Source: Anthoceros angustus (taxonomy: Eukaryota > Plantae > Anthocerotophyta). Taken from it: a stretch of 64,000 nucleotides of DNA. Position numbers and translations under genes: made by a program. The notes under the pieces were generated by a model. That model searched no databases, was not told where the DNA came from, and saw only the letters and a list, made by a program, of their open reading frames with translations. The DNA lies in contig VJWM01000119.1 of NCBI GenBank assembly GCA_010909165.1, positions 310,001 to 374,000 of the forward strand. Reading direction: 5' to 3'. This document shows positions 60,521 to 64,000 of this stretch, in pieces. The first letter of the stretch is position 1, and the number at the start of each line of letters is the position of its first letter.

Positions 60521-61296
60521 GACTGCCCGCCAGTCGGACGGCGCCCCACCCGCTGACAGGTGGTCGCCCGCGCTCGCTCCGCCCAGCCCGAGACGGGCCG
60601 CTCAAACCAACGGCTGCCCGCAGTTGCCCGTGTCGCAGTTCCTTCCCCGGTAACCACAGGTGGTGAGCGTAACCCTAGCCCCAGCATGCACGCGAGATCG
60701 ACGATGGCGACCAGGCTGGGCCTTAAAGCCTGCCCGGCTTGCTCTCCCGCTGGCTCTGACACGGGCGTCGTGCGCTCGCATTGTCTCTTCCCCCGCATTC
60801 CGGTTTCCGGGCCGGCCGCTGCTGGAAGACAGGGGAGCGTGCTGGTGCTGCTGCTGCTGCTGCATGCGGGAGAGTGAAGGGATTGGAGAATCCAGGTGGA
60901 GTGATTGAAGGATTTATTTGTTTTCTGGTGTGTGAGTGAGATCGGGTGGGGGACGTTTGGATTGGAGTTGGAAAAGGGGTGGACGGGATGGAGCCGCAGG
61001 GCATTTGTTTGGGGGCGGTCGGTAGGTAGGGAGGAGGTGAGCAGAGGGGTAGTTTTGATGTGGGCAGGTGCGGCGCGCGGTTGAGGGAGGGGAATGGCAG
61101 ACGGGAATTTTTGGTTGTGCGATCTGAAGCAGTTTTTTTTCTGGCATGCAGGTTGGTCCGGTCGGGGTTTGTGGAGGAGGGGCAATGCTGGAGTGTCTGG
61201 CTGTACGGGATGGGAAGGTGGAGGTGTTGATGATTGGAGGTTGGAGGGGATGATCTGCATTCAGGCGTAGGTTTGGGGGAGCGGGAGAGGGGGAAG

Positions 61297-63640
61297 ATGG
61301 AGGCGCTGTGCCAGGTGGCTGCCGTTTCTTGCCCGCGGGGGGAGGCGGTGGTGTGCAGTGCTAATGCTGCTCAGAAGCGAGGTGGTGCGGGAGGCGTGGG
61401 GTCCAGGGCGTCGGGGTTTGTGGAGAGGTGCATTCAGTTGCCGCACCAGCGGGAGGGGGATTTGGATGTGTCTTGCTGTGGCCCGACGGTGGCGATGCGC
61501 GTGGGGTGTCGGAGGGGAGCGAGAGCTTCGGGGGGAGTTTTTGCCTCGAGGACTGGCACGGGCAGTGGTGGGGACGGGAGGGGCAAGGCGGCTGGCTTGG
61601 CTTTGGCGGGTGTTTACGGGGTCTCTGAGAGGTCTCGGCGGAGCTGCTTCAGTGTCGGCTGCACCAGCAGCTCGCATGGGATTCACGAAAGTGCAGGGGA
61701 GGGGGAGCCTGCAGCAGCTTCTACCCAGGGGGTCTTCGTTGGTGCGGCGGAAGCGGACTCGGAGGGGTCCTGTGTCGTGCCGGAATTTTCCGACCTGGAC
61801 CGAGCTCCTACCGAATGTGGCTCCCTCGAAGAGGAGCTGTCGCTGTTCACGGTAATCGCGTTGCATGGTTGGCTGGACGGAGATTGTCTGCCTTGGAGTG
61901 AGTGGGAGCTTTTACTGATACCAGCTTTGTACGCAGGGTCGGTTGCTGGCTCTCGACATGTTTCGGGAGGAATTGGCCAAGCCTGAGGAGGATATTAGCG
62001 TGATTCGCGCGACAGTCCTCATAGCCCAGCACGCGTGAGTTGGGTTGGGAGATCTCTGGTCGTGCTACGCGTTCCAGAGAGCTGGATCTTTACACCGTTC
62101 TGACCTTTACGACTCTTTGACGTTGTCACGTCAGGTATCCGAAAACAACGATGGAGGAAGTTGAGGCCAAGTTCGAGCGGATGGTTGCAGAAATTCAACC
62201 GCTTTTGCCTCCCCCCGAAGGTAATCTGATGGCTGGTCAGATAGTCTGCCCGTCGAGATGATGCTGTAGGTGAGTACTTGCGCTATAGTGGTCATGGAGT
62301 GTGTCCAACTGTTTCCTGCTGTTTGCAGAGCGTTATCCTTTGCGAATGATCAAAGCAATCAACAGCTATCTGTATGGTCAGGCCGGTTGGACGGGGACTC
62401 ATGATTTTTTGGATCCTGACAATTCCTGCATAAATATGGTCTTGGACAGGCGACAAGGTAGGCTGCTCATTTTTGTAGTGATGTTCTGCGCTTTAAAGGT
62501 GATTTATTGTCCATGTTGCTGGGTTGGATTCATCGCTGAAGGATTTTGTTACTCGAATCCAGGGTTGCCCATAATGCTGGTGCTTGTTTACATTGAGCTG
62601 GCCAGGCGGCTGGGACTGCCGATGCGAGAGGTTAGCGTTCGTGTCACCGCCTTATCCTGGGAGGGTCAGTTGTCGGTCTCAGCATCTGCTCTCTTTGCTG
62701 TAATCTGAGCTGTAAAGCTAAGCCAGAGGTGGTTCTGCAGGTTAATGTGCCCACGCATTTCATGTGCCGTCCAGTTGGGGAAGGTCTTGAATTTTTGGTG
62801 GATGCCCATTCTGAGGGAAAGGTAGTCCTTCAACCTTACCATTAGTCTTTCAATACTTTTCCGCATTCTCGCGAGTGGCGATGGAGTTCCTTTTTTGTCG
62901 TTTCAGTCCTTCTAACCTCTTCGTAATTTTGTCTGTTTTCTGTAGATACTTTTCTTGCAAGATGCGGAGGAAAAGCTGTCGAAATGTTTTGGCATTCCGA
63001 TAACTCTGAACCGACACGTCCTGAACCTGAAACGCTCTCATGTTTCAAAGCAATCCGTCCTGACCCGGATTCTGTTCAATTTGAAAAGCATCTACTTCCG
63101 CCGCAAAGATCCTGTAAGGTACGTCTGTCGACTCTATCCTTATTCCGACCATCTCGCTCCACGGTCGTCCTGCTGAAGTTGAGGTTTCTTCTGTGTGTCA
63201 GCCTTGATGCTGGTTTTGCTGGAAGTCTTACTGACCGATGGAGGGGCTTTTGCTTTGCAGCACCCTGTGCATCATCGATTATCTCAAGCTTGTCCGACCA
63301 GGCGTGAGTGACGAGGTAGAGTTCTGTTCCTATCGGATGTGTAAAACGCCTTGTGAAGCTTCGGTATTCTTAGCAGTGGGCTTGATGTGCGCAGGTGAGG
63401 GATTACGGAATTTGCCTGTTTCTTCTCAAACGATTTCCGGAGGCTGTACCATGCCTGGAGCGGTATTTGAAGGTCAGTTACCATGGGTTGTTGGAGCAGT
63501 TTCTGTCCGTACCTGGCTTATCAGCGTTTGTGGCCGGAACTTGAAAAATCCGTGTTCTGTTTGATCTGCAGACATGTCCCCACGCCCAAGACCGTGAGCA
63601 CGTAGAGCGGTTGGTTTTGAGAATGCGTCGAGAAATATGA
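61297..63640 (+). CDS. SirB1/transglutaminase-like (Transglut_core2 plus TPR-like C-terminus), probably plastid-targeted, multi-exon
   Basis: Long Ser/Gly/Arg-rich leader. AINSYLYGQAG..DFLDPDNSCINMVLDRRQ|GLPIMLVLVYIELARRLGLP..VNVPTHFMCRP; ILTRILFNLKSIY; VRDYGICLFLLKRFPEAVPCLERYL. Ends RMRREI*. Confidence 0.8.
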
Positions 63641-64000
63641 AGTTCCTCCATGCGCGCGAGTGTCGGCACTGTAAAATCTGTACCTATGCAGATGAGCAAT
63701 CGAGTTTGTACCATCTCCCGACCAGTATCATTTGCTTATACTTTTCATTCTGTTTTGACTTCGTGAAGACACATGTTAGCTTTACGGCGCCCTCAGAAGG
63801 AGGGTGAAGCTAACGTGGCGTAGTTGACCAAAGAGGTCTACAATTCTACAGCCGCGAAAGCCAAGCACAAGCTGCTCACTATACTACTCAAAAAATGCAT
63901 CCGCAATCCCGATAACTGCGCAGCACAGCCTTGTTCTAACCTGACCTCATCGTGCAACCCCCTTGGAGCATTTTTGCATGCATGAAGAGGGTGGTGGGAG

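Overview
Eukaryotic nuclear DNA from a compact land-plant genome, most likely a non-seed plant (hornwort, lycophyte or fern). That assignment is inferred from the short introns, the PLS-type PPR gene and the F-box types. There are no rRNA, tRNA or CRISPR features. Bases 1-19100 are a transposon-rich F-box cluster: two intact F-box genes flank a probable F-box pseudogene, which is split by a complete Ty1/copia element (6751-14738; identical 207-bp LTRs, GAGGC target-site duplication [TSD]). That element carries a one-ended CACTA remnant inside gag. Bases 21000-42000 are a dense housekeeping block: NOC4, organellar DNA polymerase, MCM4, a RING E3 ligase and a serine carboxypeptidase. Bases 42000-50000 hold a decayed CRE-type (restriction-like endonuclease) non-LTR retrotransposon, a decayed duplicate of the carboxypeptidase 5' end and a partly duplicated DUF1218 gene. 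Bases 51000-64000 hold a PLS-E+ PPR gene, SmD2 with a hAT MITE in its promoter, TE debris and a SirB1/transglutaminase-like gene. The strongest leads are the composite copia/CACTA element, two hairpin-type palindromic transposon junctions, a GA-AG intron in the organellar polymerase, the CRE-like LINE and a stand-alone OSB-type PDF-motif ORF. All calls come from reading the sequence by eye; no database search was run.
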